A stretch of DNA of 62,642 bases, counting the filler, from Choristocarpus tenellus KU-1152 (Eukaryota; Protista; Phaeophyceae): assembly GCA_964200185.2 (NCBI GenBank). It is 10 parts of 10 records of this genome, joined end to end, with 100 filler letters (N's around TTAATTAATTAA, not from the genome) between each part and the next. Parts side by side here need not be neighbours in the genome. Positions count along the whole stretch, not along the records: positions 1 to 7,353 come from CAXNAD020006286.1; positions 7,454 to 13,141 come from CAXNAD020010004.1; 8 more parts are not named here. The stretch is one strand, 5' to 3'. A program made the position numbers and the translations under genes. Each line of letters begins with the position of its first letter. Within the stretch, counting starts at the first letter, position 1. The notes under the pieces are model-generated. The model was not told where the DNA came from. It saw nothing but the letters and a program-made list of their open reading frames with translations, and made no database searches. Below, in pieces: positions 1-13,241 of the stretch.

Positions 1-449
1 ACACACAATTTAAACTCCTTTATTTTTCCCCCCCCCCCCCCCCCCCCTTCCAGAGTTCAAGAGTTATGCTGTTGGCTATAAAAAGTAAACCATAACTTAA
101 CATGAAGAAGGACTACACCTACTGCAACACAGACAGTTTACTGAGTATGCCCTTCAATGATACCTTCAATGATACCGGGCTTATAAGTGGAGGCTGCAGA
201 CAGTGGTCACGTACTTGCCGGAAAGAGTACTATAAAATAAGAAATAAAAAGTCAAGGAAGCAATAGGTAAAACAGTGCAAAACAATAAAAATAATATCAC
301 TGTGACAGAGCTCTTATGTATACATCCTTGGACAAAAAAAGAAAGCTAGAGTATGTACTACAGCAAGGCACGTCTCTGAACATCAACAGCAATCAGTACT
401 GGAAAAAAATCAAAACAGAGGACTCACCCCTCCTCCCCACTCCTCTCAC

Positions 450-3400
450 CTGCTTGTGATAATCCTCTGTCTCCCCGTCCTCTCCACCCCCATCCCCTCC
501 CCCATCTTCATCTTCCTCAGACACAGGAAACAGGTCACTGGCACTGCTCATGTGGGACACACGTCGGAATGCCCTCTTGCTGCCAGAGCTCAACCTTGCC
601 CTTCGCCCAGACAAAGCCCTGCTGCCCGACCCTCCACCCCCCACTGTCCCAGCCCTTTTGCCTGAGCCCATTGTGCTAGGGGTGAGGGAGGGAGTAGAGT
701 GGGTTTATGATATGGTAGACATGGTGAAGAGAGGAACTAGGGACAGGGTCAACAACTGATATAATATCCCATATCAGCAATAGTGAAGCCTTGTACAATT
801 TGAAATCCTGTATTTACTAATTTCTTGGACATAAATACATACATATGTTTGAGGTTGAGGTTAGAAATGACCTCTGCACCAAGTCCAAATATATTTTCTA
901 ATCTTAAGTCTAATGCTAGCCCCAACTCCAAACCCTACTCAAAATTAGTCCATCCACCTAAAACCCACCAACCTATCCACCCAATCCATTCCCCTGCCAC
1001 CTCACTCACTATTAACCCTAACCCTAACCCTAACCCAAAGTTCCCGAAACGTCCTCAAGAACACCAATTTCAAAGATCTGATCCTAGTATCACCCTAACC
1101 CTAACCATGTCTACCTATCCACCCAGCCGATCTGCTTGACTGCTCCACTCACCCTCGACCATCCCTTCCAATTGGAGTTCCAACTGCCCTCTCCTCATCC
1201 CCATCCTGACCCATTCCATCATCGCCTCCATAACTCACACGATCCTCCTCTTCCTCCTCCCCAGACACAGATCCTTGTTCCCTGCTCCTGACACTGCCAC
1301 TATCATGGCTTGTTCCCCCCCCACCTCTCCTTGGTGTTGCTGCCATGACAATGGTGCCGGCCTCGGAGGCAGAGGCAGAGGCTGAGGGGGAGGATGGGGG
1401 GGCGGGGGGAGTGAGGAGGGAGAGAGCATCTTTCCCCGGGGACAGAAGGTTTCTGAAGTTGAAGAATGCCTTCCAACGAATGGGAAATCCCTTGGTAGTA
1501 TTTGCAGACAAAGCAGTGGAGAGGGGAGAGGGGAGAGGGGAGGGAGGGAGGGCAGGGCAGGGCATGGGAATGTGAAATTAAGGTTGAACTATGGTAGGGT
1601 TAGTGATTGAAGCTGTGATGAGTATTTTAGAGGTTTGAGTGTAGATATGTATCATGGATGACTACTAATACAGCATCGTGACCAACAAAAAGCCCCCAAA
1701 GCAACAATATTCATTTTTTTTTCTCACCTCAACTTCACCTTCATCCCACGCACCAGCAAACTCTCTTCCTTCCTCTAAAGTGTCAGTGTACAAACTTTGA
1801 ACCTGTCATGAAAAATAATAAAAAAATGTTGGGTTAGAGAGGCAGGGATATGACTGGGTGAGGTACAATATGTATCAGGTGCACAAGAATTTCCTCAACA
1901 ATCCACATCTACTTGGAATTTGTTGCATTTCGCCAGAAAGTATCTCAGGGTTGGGGCGAGGGCCAGCATAAAGGTACAACGCCTGTACACTGGCTCTAAC
2001 CCCAACCCCAACCATAATCTGTGTTTTTCTTCAAAACACACACACACACACATGGTGCTAGAAAAGGACCTCAGCGCTACTACTGTACCAACAAATACTG
2101 TGAGTGTACCATTCCACACTGTGCTACACTGATCTTGTACACCATTGTACCAGTCCTGTACGGAACAATACTGTGCTGTACCATGCTGCCCTTCTTGTAC
2201 TGTAATGTACTGCACACCACATGGTACAGCAGAGTCACCTCTCTTTATGTACCTTACCACGGCGCAATACATTGGACCACAATGCACTACATTGGACCCA
2301 ATGGACCACAATGCACTACAGTGGACTACAACGCACTACATTGGACTGCACCTGTTCATCGAAGTATCCAACCAGAGCCTTTTTCTGCCCCTGTGTAAGC
2401 TTGCTGGCGTAAAATGGGAGGCACTCCAGGAACAAGAACCTCTCTGGGGCTTCTGCACGGTCAAGAGAGAAACGAACTCCCTCCTGAAAAAAAAAAAGAA
2501 GGAAAAAATAGAGATAAGAAACAAAATAAATTAAGCATCAAGAACAGAGCGATATCGAAAAAGAGGGGCAATAGTGATAATCCAAATTGGCCTATCAATA
2601 CCGTATCTTCTCATTGGTTCAAAGCAACATTATTTTGGGTTGCCCAATGGCATTTTATGCTGGTCCCATTGGAGACTATGGTAAGGCATTGCCTCTAAAT
2701 TTAAGAGTTAACCTTAACAACTAATAGTACCATTCCACCCACATAACAAATTTAATAATACCACAACCAAAAAGTATTGATTTGACTAAACCTAGCCCTA
2801 CCTAGAAAGGAGTAGCATATAGTGGCTCACAGTCATTTCAACTCTGCTATAATGAAATTAAGGAAGGTCAATCGGGATCGACATGGAAATATTCAATCAA
2901 CTAGCTATTATATACCGCTATGAGGGTGTGTGCTCTGCTATAAACTCCCTTGCAGTACCTTGCTTCAAACCCTAGTCTCATCTTTCACATCCAATCTGGA
3001 TCAAAAACCACTTGAACCAATCAACTTAGAGTCGCAAAACCTTCCCATCCACAACATCAGTATGATGAATTTACCTAAATATACAGGAGGCGCCAATAGT
3101 CACCCATCTATCACATAACAAACACCGACCAGGTTTCTGTTCAAGTTGACAATAGCTGATTTGGTTAATTTTTAAAATGCCTCAAGGTGAGCCCACCACT
3201 CTATAGGGTTAGGGTATAGTGCCCAAGGAGGGCCGTTGAGGGGCCGAAGGGGCCTGTAAGTAGGAGGTAGTTGGGGTTATTCACCTTGGGTTAGTGAGTG
3301 TGTGGGGGTAAGTCGAGCTGCATGTTTCGTACATGAAGAGTATGACTTTTTCTTTTTCTTCAAGAAAAATTTATGCACACCCTTGTGCTACTAGTACGAT

Positions 3401-6400
3401 ATCCTAGTGCTTTGATGTGTTCTATTGCGATACCTGGTCATTTGAAGTACACAAAAACGAATACTATCAAATACTCCAGATAATCAACAGTCCGGTGAAC
3501 TAGCAGTTAAAACTACAAAGTGACAGTTACGTTGATGATGACACAGTAACATTGCCAAATACTGTATGCGGCGACAACACTTAATTGTACAATCGCATCA
3601 ACAAAGAAAAAAATAAATCACACTACGGATTTACCACTCACTGCACAGCTTAGCATTGATGGATGGCATCAAAGTCATATCCACAACTTGAACACACCAA
3701 CTCTCACACCAAGAATGGCTCTACACAGCATACATGAAATAATCATAACTTCTATTGTTGGCAATCCCTACCTTCATGAAACGCAGATACGCCTCTTGCA
3801 ACTCCCGGCGTTCCTCTCCTCCAATACCAGCTTTCGCCTTAACAGGACCCACACCCAAGGATAGGCTCAATCGCTGTGCCAGGGGTACCCAACGAGACAT
3901 ACCTGTGACCTCTGCAGCAGCACGCCTGCCAATGACAAAAATGAATCAGACTTCATGAATCTATAGGTGTATAAATCCAGCAATAGCTACATTAACGTTA
4001 CACCATTGTAACTACTGCTGAAGACAGGGCATAGCAAGTCACACTATTGCGTAGTATATTTGAGAATTGAAACCACTACAGTACTTCCAAACACCGAGCC
4101 GAGAGGGTGTGACAGTTTCAAGATTCCCTCGCTACAAGCACGTTCTACTACTTGAATTAAAGCACTACAACATGGCATATACTTCAAAGCCTATAAACTT
4201 CATCTCTGTTGTACCCCTAACCCTAACTGCAACAAATTCTCGTCCTAGCCCTAACCCTAACCACATTTTCACCTCACCGTAACCATAAACATACCTTCTC
4301 CGAAACAGAAGTTTGACCTCATATTCCCCTGACCCTAAGTATGGCCTTATTTTCTCCCAATTCCAAGTGTAACAGAGTATTCTCCTAACCCTCAGTCCAA
4401 CCGTGCGTCTCTCTTTCTCTAAATCTAACTGCTTTTTTTCCAAACCTTTCGCCCAAACTCACATTTCCCTAATCCAAAGCACTACTACATATACCTTTCC
4501 CCAACCAAAACCAAATCCCCGTATCCCCTTGAACCAGAGGTTGACCACATACTTCCCTAACCCTAAGTGTAAAAATATTTCCCACTGGTTCAACCCCACC
4601 TTTCCTCACCCCAAGGGTCATGATACAACCTGACACTACCACCATTAACGACATACCTTTCCTCCTCCTCTGCAGTTGATGACACTGTGTCAACCCTCTC
4701 CATGGTTGATTCTTCATTTGAAGCTGATACCACCCACTTGTCATAAAATACTCTCAGAGTGGCCATCTGAACCTCCATGCACCTGTTAAATATATAGGTG
4801 TCACATTCAGCGATATGGTCGATTACCAATAATACAATGACGATCCATTATTAGGGTTAGGAATACTAAACCTCACTAAATATTTCCATATTAGGGTAGA
4901 AAGGATGACTGGAGGAATGGAATAAATAACGCTAGCCCTATACAAATAGCTGTATTACTGGGGTAGAGACTACAATTGTAGAAATTGGATAAATAACCCC
5001 AACCTTCTACTGAGTACAAACTGCTTCATTACTACAGCAGACAGGATGATTGTAGGGATTGTGTCTGAGATACAAAAAACCAACTTACAGCTATACTGGA
5101 ATGGTTAAGGCAACCCACCCTAAGCATACTTCTATTTAAGCACAACCATGTAAGTCTTCTAGGGTTGGTAACCCAAACCCTAACCCTAACCCTAACTGCT
5201 CTATTATTAGGGTTAAGGAAATATACATTTTCAGAGATTGGATATGTTTGAGATAGCACACCTGGCCTGTGGGAGATGTTATCCTGAGAAATTATTTGTC
5301 AGTAAGTACTGAATTGAGTCTTGACAGTTACATGGGGCACATATCTCAGAGAGGCAAAAAAAAATCACACTGGTCAATGACATGGCACCAACTACTCTAC
5401 ACTCTAACAAATAACAACACCACCAACTTGGAGAAAAAAGGGAGACTCAGACATGCAGCTGAATGGAATTGTGGTTACACTTGATAGTCAGTGTATATGT
5501 GATGAAAATCAATTACCATCATCGTACTAAGTGGAAAAAATTCAAATTCTTGTCACTCTCACCTGATGGGATTGAACTCCCTCAGCTTGGAAACAAAGCA
5601 CTTAGCCAGGGCACTAGCCTCTGGGCTGGAGTGAGCAATGTGACCCACCACTGCGGCTGCTTGTCGCCTATTTAGCCTACATTAAGAGCAACACCCAAAA
5701 GTGTTCAAGAGTCAGGTGTTATGATGGTGTAAGTATGTAGCGTGCACCGATATGTTGCAGAGATGGAAGTTTTTCTTCATGTGCATGTCATCTTTTCTAA
5801 GCAAGATATTCAACGCCTTATGCAAACCCTATCCTTAACAAGTAGAATCGTGACCAAAAAACCCAATGAAAACACCCTCCCCCGTAAGCATCTCTACAAA
5901 GAGTATCCTTGATTCATCACGAGGATTGGCAGTAATAATCTCTCACGAAAGACATCACTACACACACTACAATACAAACATAGAACAAGTAGCAAAAAAC
6001 TCAAAAGAACCCCCCCCAAATCTTCAATACATAAAGTACGTATCTCATAGGTGGCCCAAGCAGCAGCAGCAGCAGCAGCAGCAGCTAGACAATATTCATT
6101 GACACAAAATAGCATACGATCACACATACATGTATGCCAGTGCTGCTAGAAGCAGAACAGAAATAAAATCAACAATAGGAACAAAAAAAAAAAATACCTC
6201 CCACCTGTCAGGAATGCTGCATTGCGCTGTACACGCTCTATTTTGAGAGGGAAGCAGTAGCAAACCAGCAAGCATCCTTCCTAACTACTCCAGGGTACTA
6301 ACGCATTCCCATTTCAACTTCACACATCGGAACAACATAAACAACACAAATCAAATATATAAAAAAAAAAGTCCACCCACTCCTTGTCACCTGTCAGCAT

Positions 6401-6689
6401 TGCTGTATATGCTCTTCATAAGGGGCAGCAGCAAAAGATTCGCCTCTTCCAACCTTGTGCGCTCTAGCTCCTCCTCCTCCCGCCTCATTCCATCTCCATC
6501 TTCTTCATCGCTGTCGACGTCCTTACCCGAGTCCTGCTTGTCCACCTCCATATCCTCAGTGGCATTGTCATTTTTCTTGTCCCTGTTGGCTCTGGGTCTG
6601 GCTCCAGGGCCACGTCCCTTTCTACTTTGTTTGGCAGAGGCCTTGGTGAAGTGCTCGTCATCCGTTGCCCCTTGAAGCATAGCCTCCTC
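450..6689 (-). CDS. SCC3: Cohesin subunit SA/Scc3 (STAG family), C-terminal part; 5' exons lie outside the contig, terminal exon unresolved
   Basis: Phase-consistent GT-AG exons: 6689-6391, 5667-5563, 4782-4657, 3925-3772, 2483-2352, 1802-1728, 1490-1153, 675-450. Spliced product ...AAAVVGHIAHSSPEASALAKCFVSKLREFNPIRCMEVQMATL...LAQRLSLSLGVG...EAYLRFMKEGVRFSLDRAEAPERFLFLECLPFYASKLTQGQKKALVGYF...WKAFFNFRNLL is collinear with the STAG C-terminal HEAT region as I recall it (ARRFALTFG...HKDGIEFAF...NLAFLEVLSEFSSKL...WLPLISYRNSL), followed by a disordered acidic/Gly tail. Confidence 0.85.
1013..1036. repeat. Interstitial telomere-like (CCCTAA)n array in SCC3 intron
   Basis: taaccctaaccctaaccctaaccc. 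Confidence 0.85.
2262..2350. repeat. Degenerate ~20-bp minisatellite (caatgcactacattggacca) next to an SCC3 donor site
   Basis: About 4 imperfect copies visible directly. Confidence 0.7.
6061..6084. repeat. (CAG)8 microsatellite, intronic
   Basis: Read directly; lies between SCC3 exons 5563-5667 and 6391-6689. Confidence 0.9.
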
Positions 6690-7353
6690 CTAAGTTTTTT
6701 AAGATTGTCATTGGTATGGGTGATAACAGTACCAACATGTTGTGCAAATGTTAGGTGATTAGGTATAGCGTAGGGATGAGCGTAGCTTTTGCATCCTTCT
6801 TTCTATTGCCATTGCTATTCCTAACCTGGAATGTGATTACTCCCTCCTAGACTTATATAGGGTCAGGGTCATGTCCTATGTGGTCTTGATGCATAGTGTA
6901 TGTTGGTGCACACACTTAAATAATGTTCATTTGAATATGTTTTCACCCCATGCTACCTCCTGAGGCATTCCCTCTTCTTGTGTAGTATTTGGGATGGGCC
7001 TAGGGTTGGAGTTAGGGCTGGAACTGATGTAAAACATGCCTTGTGGTGTACTGTAGATGCTTACATTCATACTTTGTTACTCACAAGAACGTTTTGTTTT
7101 CTCACTCCAGTACCGCCCAGAGCATCCATTGGGTTGGGTTGAGTGTACGCTTGTCATGGACTAGTCTTGGCAGTGTGCTACATTATGGTCTTGGTGTAGA
7201 CGTATGTCAATATGTCAATACAAATGAGTTTTTTTGTCACTGTGCAGTTGTCCATCACCTTCTGGGAACCCCCCCCCCCCACCCCCCCCCCCCCCCCCCT
7301 CCACCCAACACATACATCCGACAAATCCTTCTTCATATTTTTTTTATCTTTAT

Positions 7354-7453
7354 NNNNNNNNNNNNNNNNNNNNNNNNNNNNNNNNNNNNNNNNNNNNTTA
7401 ATTAATTAANNNNNNNNNNNNNNNNNNNNNNNNNNNNNNNNNNNNNNNNNNNN
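7354..7453. other. Artificial contig-joining linker N44-TTAATTAATTAA-N44
   Basis: Identical 100-nt block with stops in all six frames, repeated 9 times in the window. Confidence 0.97.
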
Positions 7454-7800
7454 GGGGGGGGTTGATGTGTTGAACTCTGAGGGGTGGATGTTTTGTTTTG
7501 TTTTGTTTTTTGTTTTTTTTTGGGGGGGGGTGGTGGTTTCGTTGGGGGTGTGTTTATTGTTATCTTGATCTCTTTTGCTCTAGAGCGCCTTGGTGTTTGC
7601 TCTGGAGTTACTCTGCTTTCTGCTTTTTTCTGGAAGATGTGTCAGGTTTTTCTGAGCCAATTCAAACTGTGAAACAAGCTCTTTTGAATTGTAATCACAA
7701 TTTGGATAGAAGGCGTTGATACTGCGGTGGTTTCTTAGTTTCAACTACTTGCATTATGTTTCATTTCTCAATGAACTTATCTTTATTTATTTTTTGTTAG

Positions 7801-7968
7801 ATGCACACCCCCCTACCTGACCTTCGTTTGTTATTCCAACCATGGAAGGCATTTTTGTGGCATGGAAATTCCTCTGGGGCATCGAATAGATCCCTGGCAA
7901 TGGAGGTGGCAGTTATGTATGTCCAGACACTGCCACTCAAACGAGGCTCAAGTGTGGATGTGTTGCAG
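7801..7968 (+). CDS. Probable internal exon of an unidentified gene
   Basis: Polypyrimidine ttttttgttag acceptor, CAG/gtaagg donor, 168 nt open in two frames; no recognisable domain. Confidence 0.35.
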
Positions 7969-10829
7969 GTAAGGCTGGGGGGTTTTGTAAGATGATGTAG
8001 TAGACTTTGGTTTGCTTCAATATTAATATTTGGGCGGGGGGGAAAGGGGCAAAGGGGGCAAATTCATGTCTTGGTGAATTGGATTGTTCAATCACCTCTT
8101 TTATGAAGCTGTGTCTGGGATGGGCTAGTTTGACCAATGGGTCATTTCTTTCCCAGTGTGATATACTATGTGTAAATATGTTTTTTTAATGTTTATTTGG
8201 TTGTTTGAGGATGTATCATGGGCAAGGGGGAAGGGGGGAGAGGGGATAGGAAGTTTAGTTGTGTCAGCTGAAGTGGACACACTAGAGGACTGTGGAGGTG
8301 AGAAAGCTTTCTCATGCCCTCACCGGATTATGGATTTCCTATGTACCTAAGAGGCCTTGATGTGGCCAGGATGCACTACTATGCAATCACAATGAACCGT
8401 AGCCCTTTGTTCTTAATTATTATTATTATTATTGTTACTATTGTTATTATTATCTTCACATTAGCCTTGAGATACGTGTATCTGCAGTGCATCTAACAAG
8501 GTTTCAAAAAAAAAAATGTGGAAAAAGTAGTTGGAACTATTGCTCGATTTTTTTAATATATGTTACTGCTTATCAGGCGTTTTGAGTAACAAAATAAAAA
8601 ATACAATGGGAGGAAGTGAAAGTGTAGAGGAGACGTGTGTTGGTGCTTGGAAGACCAACAACACCGATGCGCTATTATTTGACTATTATTTGACCCTCCT
8701 TCCTTCCTTACCTGTGATCCTTAGTATACATGACTACCAAGTATACATGACTACCAACGTCTATTCGTTGGTAATGGCAGCGCCAGAAGAAATGAACCAA
8801 GGACAGCCTCTTCATGCTCACACAGTAACCCTAACCCTAACCCTCTTAATGCCACCGCCGCACAGGTCTACTCAGGAAACGAACCCGCTGCCTTCACATG
8901 GTGCTTCCGACAATGGGACCCATCCCTACAGCCCATTGTCATTGTCAACGCTCCTCTACCCACCCCCCCGATCTCTTCTCCCCCGGCCCTGGCCCCCACT
9001 GTCAGGGGCAACGTATCCCCCATAAGTGCAGGCAGTGACATGTCCCCACTGGAAGGCGTGCCTCCCACGCTTGGGGTCGTGGCTCTGTCCCCTTCCCCTA
9101 AGCCTCGAGGCTTGGCCCCACTCACTCTCTCCCCGGCGGAGGAGGAACAGGGGGTACAGCTAAAGGCACACCAGAACTTGAGCGATACCCCTGTTCAGTT
9201 TGGTGGTAGTGATGGGTTTGGGGTGCAGGTTCATGACAGGCGTTCTGTTGTCAGGCCTAGGGTGCTCCGGGCAGCAGATCAGAAGGTTGTGCGTGGGCCT
9301 GGCGATGGTGTTCCCGTTCCTTGGGAGGCGGTTTGGGAGAGGTCAATGGGAAGGGTGCGTGGAGGTGAGGTTGGGGAGGGAGGTGGATCCGTGAGGGTAG
9401 GTGAGAGAACTGCAGCAAAGAGGTTTGTCGGAGGAAGAGGAGGGGGAGGGGGAGGGGGAGGTGGGGTGGTAGCGGAGCAGGCGTTGGAGGGGTTGGGGAC
9501 GAAGGGAGGAGGGGGGAGAGGGCAGAAAGAGGAGGCGAGCCTGTTCTTGGAGATATATGATGAGCGTGGGGAGATATTGCGCCATGAGGTATGGTTTGTG
9601 TTTTTTATAATGATCCCGATGTTGAGAGGGGAGGTTGTGTTGTGTTGTGGTGTGGGTGTGCTTGTGGGCGGGTGTTGTGTGCTTCTTTAAACTCACGTAT
9701 GTGTTGTGTGTCTGTGTCTGCATCTGTGTCTCCATCTGTGTCTGTATAGATGGATCCTTTGTGTGTTATATTGAGATGCATTCGTACTGAAGGCGTGTGT
9801 TGTGAGTGTTACAGTCCTTTTTTTTTTTTTTAACCTATTCGGTCTTAGGGTTAGGGTTAGTAATTCCGTTCCAACTTGTACGTGTCTATTGTTAGTCTCA
9901 AGTTTGTTATCACTGTTTTTATGTTTCCGGTGTATAGTAATTGTTTAGATTGAGAATACGACCCCTTCTGCCAGAAATCTGCCTCCATTTATGTACTTCT
10001 TTTCTTTTCATGTTTTTTTCTTTTCTTTTACCGCTTTTTTATTTATCTTGCACAAAAAAATTGTGTGTTAAAAAAAAATGCAAGATGTTTTTTTTCCCTA
10101 TTTTTACAGTTTCTACAGTTACGTGTTTATAAATATATTACCCTATACATCCTCTTTCGATAGTATGTGTCATAGGCACTTTTACTGAAAGGCAGAGGGT
10201 TGAAGTAAGCTATGTGTTAGAGCAGGCTCTGATACTGTAAGGCCATACTACTGATAACTTCCTTTCCGACACACCACCCTTATCCCCACTTGCATGATGC
10301 CCACCCACCAATTGATTTGCCATGTGCATGATGTGTACATTGTGGTTCTTTATTTGAATTTTTTTTTCAGGGAACACAAGAAGAACAAAGAGCTTCACCC
10401 AAGGCAAGCAACCGAATCAGTGCTCTCATGGGGCGGTTCCAGACCAACCCCACATAGCTACAGAGCAATTGCATACTGGTTACATAGCCAGATATGAATA
10501 CCAAGGAGAAACTTATTACGGTTAGTGTAGCCGAACCAAGGTACCAAGTACAAAGGTGCACACAAGAAAAAAGAAAAATGAAAAATGAAAAAAGAAAAGG
10601 TACTGCTACCCCTACCTGACAAGAGTAGATCGAACGATCGCTCTTGTGCATGGGTATGGGTACTAAGGTGGCAATTAATATGTGTCTATTAAGCTAAGTT
10701 GTGGGGACTTTGAGTGTTTCTGGAGGACTGTATTGGCTGCGGGGGAGGTATGAAACGTTCCCTAGAAGCAGGGAGGACCAGGGTATGTTTTTGAACATTG
10801 GAGAGACTATTTTATCATTTCTGTGTTTG

Positions 10830-10862
<33 letters not shown>

Positions 10863-11691
10863 ATCTGTGATCCATTTTATTTTTGTTATTCTAGTGGGCT
10901 TCATAATGTGGATTAATTCATTTTAAGAACCACATGTCATGGGGTTTGTTGTGGGTACCAGTAGACGTTGAGGGGATGTGCACCTATTATATCTTTCTTG
11001 TTGGAAATGGATCTACTCGGTTTTTATAACAGTTGCGTCCGCAGTGAATCATTTGTGTTCCAGTACTAGACCCCAAGTACTGTGCTTTCATACAGCTCTT
11101 GGGGATTACTTGGTAGTTCCAACTACAGTATGTTAGCTACAGTATGTTTTGACAGGAAAAGATAAAAAAAACATGAGATTGTCTACTCTTTTTTTTCGTG
11201 CAGGTGGTATTGTTGACTGCAGGGATATAGATAGAGTTGCGGCTTAGCTGGTGGCGACTACGGTATGACTGTTGAAGAAGGCAATGACGGTATTTAAGAT
11301 CCCCTCATACCGCCAATGATATGTGTCACGCTGACCCGTCAACCCCGGAATACTTAGCAACAGTCTCCGATTTTTGTCAAAAATCGGTGGGCTGCCGAAT
11401 TAGGTGGTGTATTTGTATCCTTTCTGTTTGAGCACTCGTGTAGAAACGGGGTTGGTGTATTTGGATGTACACTAGAAGATTTGTGGGAACTATGTGGGAG
11501 CTGGAAGTTTGTTGGGAGAGATACTTGTTTATTATTCAATCATTTGCAAGGGGCAAGTGTTGGTCTTAGTACCAGTACATGAAAGTCGATCACAATCACA
11601 TCCAAGTATGTTATAGTAAAGTTAATACATATTGGGACATTGAATTTGAGAATACACAAAGACCTTTGGTTTATTTCAGTTTTTGCCGTTT

Positions 11692-11871
11692 GGCTCAAAG
11701 TATCTGGGGGGGGTGGCGGCTGTCCATTTGGGGGCAATTTTTCCATGTCATCATTTTTGTGTGATTTGATTGCATGCATTGGATGGATAATGTAAGTGTA
11801 CTTGTCCTAGTCAGGCTCCGAATGGACACCCTGGTGTAGAACCCTCCCCCCCCCCCCAGATACTTTAAGCC
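11692..11871 (+). mobile_element. MITE family A, full copy
   Basis: TIRs GGCTCAAAGTATCTGGGG...CCCCAGATACTTTAAGCC; flanked by TTT/TTT; non-coding, ~180 bp. Confidence 0.85.
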
Positions 11872-13111
11872 TTTTGATATTTGTAGTAGCGTTTGAGTGA
11901 ATTGGAAATAGCAAGAAATTGCTTGACTGAGCCCCCATACCTGTCCTGCCCACGGGGCCTACCTTCTCACTCTTTTTCCTTGCTACTGGGTGGGTAACAA
12001 ACAACTAAAGCAAAAATAAAATTTCTTCCATGCTATTGAGTCATTCTCAGGTGTATGAACTTCAACACCATTCAGGAGATGTTTTCAGCAATTGGTTGCA
12101 CAAATTGATACAATCGATGCACAAATGCCCCACTCTACATTTGTGACGCTCACACCCAAGTAATAGCTTTTTGAAATGGATTGTCAGTGTTTCTAGAGGA
12201 ATTTAACATATTACTATTTCTGTTTACCTGGCACTGTCAGCCACTAACCTCTCAACGCCCTTGCAGAGTCCACACACACACACACACACTGATTTGCCTG
12301 CCAGTAGTACGTCACAATATGAACGTAAGGTGTGATTGGTGGGTTGAGGCCGTTCAAAGAAGTTACCCAAGCCAACTTTCTCTAAGAATCTTTTGGCTAT
12401 CACCATCCTGCACAGTGATTTGTCCCTGGAAAGTTCTTCAAAAATAGCCTGGGCTATGTAGTACAGAAGGTATGAAATTGCCGTTGTCATCTGGGCAAAT
12501 CATCGTTCACTTGATGTTTCGTTTGAATGATGGAAGTAGGTGGAGCCGTCAACTTGAATGATGGAGGAATGGGAGGCAATCCTTCTTACGAAGTTGAAGT
12601 ACTACTATTATTGGTTGGAAGTGCAGGATGACAATATGTATGATACATTATTACTTCAGATTTATGCACATATATTTTTGTTTACTGCCATTTGTAATGA
12701 AAGGATTAGCCCCATACAACCACCTGTAAACACAGAAGTACAATGACCCTTGCCTACCTATTACAGACAGAACCAGCTATTAATAATACGAAAATGTAAC
12801 ATGTAGTTCGAAGTATGAAATACTATTGTTCACACCACTGTACTCTCCGTACTATACAACAATGTAGCTAACAGCCAATTTCAAAAATTGAGGATGGAGC
12901 TTTTCATTGAGGATGGGCTTGACCCAAAATTGACTGGGATAAAGTGTCGATATGATTAATGTTTGGTGCTTATCTCATCCTACGTTGTATACTACGTGAC
13001 ACCTACCAATTGCTACCACTCCTTATTTGGTACGTAAATATCATTTCGAAGTACGACCTTAGTAGATCCACCCATTCATCCACCACATAGTACCTACACA
13101 ATCTCACATTT

Positions 13112-13141
13112 GGCTCAAAGTATCTGGGAGGAGGTGGCGAC
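13112..13141 (+). mobile_element. MITE family A, truncated at contig end
   Basis: ggctcaaagtatctgggaggaggtggcga. Confidence 0.8.
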
Positions 13142-13241
13142 NNNNNNNNNNNNNNNNNNNNNNNNNNNNNNNNNNNNNNNNNNNNTTAATTAATTAANNN
13201 NNNNNNNNNNNNNNNNNNNNNNNNNNNNNNNNNNNNNNNNN
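13142..13241. other. Artificial contig linker
   Basis: N44-TTAATTAATTAA-N44. Confidence 0.97.

Noticed and set aside
7398-7409. TTAATTAATTAA as a biological motif (piggyBac site, PacI site)
   Set aside because: It is always centred in identical N-runs: an assembly linker.
8531-9735. Overlapping 130-216 aa ORFs (Gly/Val-rich on plus, Pro-rich on minus)
   Set aside because: They come from G-rich low-complexity sequence. A minus-strand exon may exist, but I could not build a consistent model or identify a domain.
10260-12448. Scattered minus-strand exon candidates (e.g. 12448-12367 AIFEELSRDKSLCRMVIAKRFLEKVGL)
   Set aside because: Plausible splice sites, but no phase-consistent chain or recognisable product.
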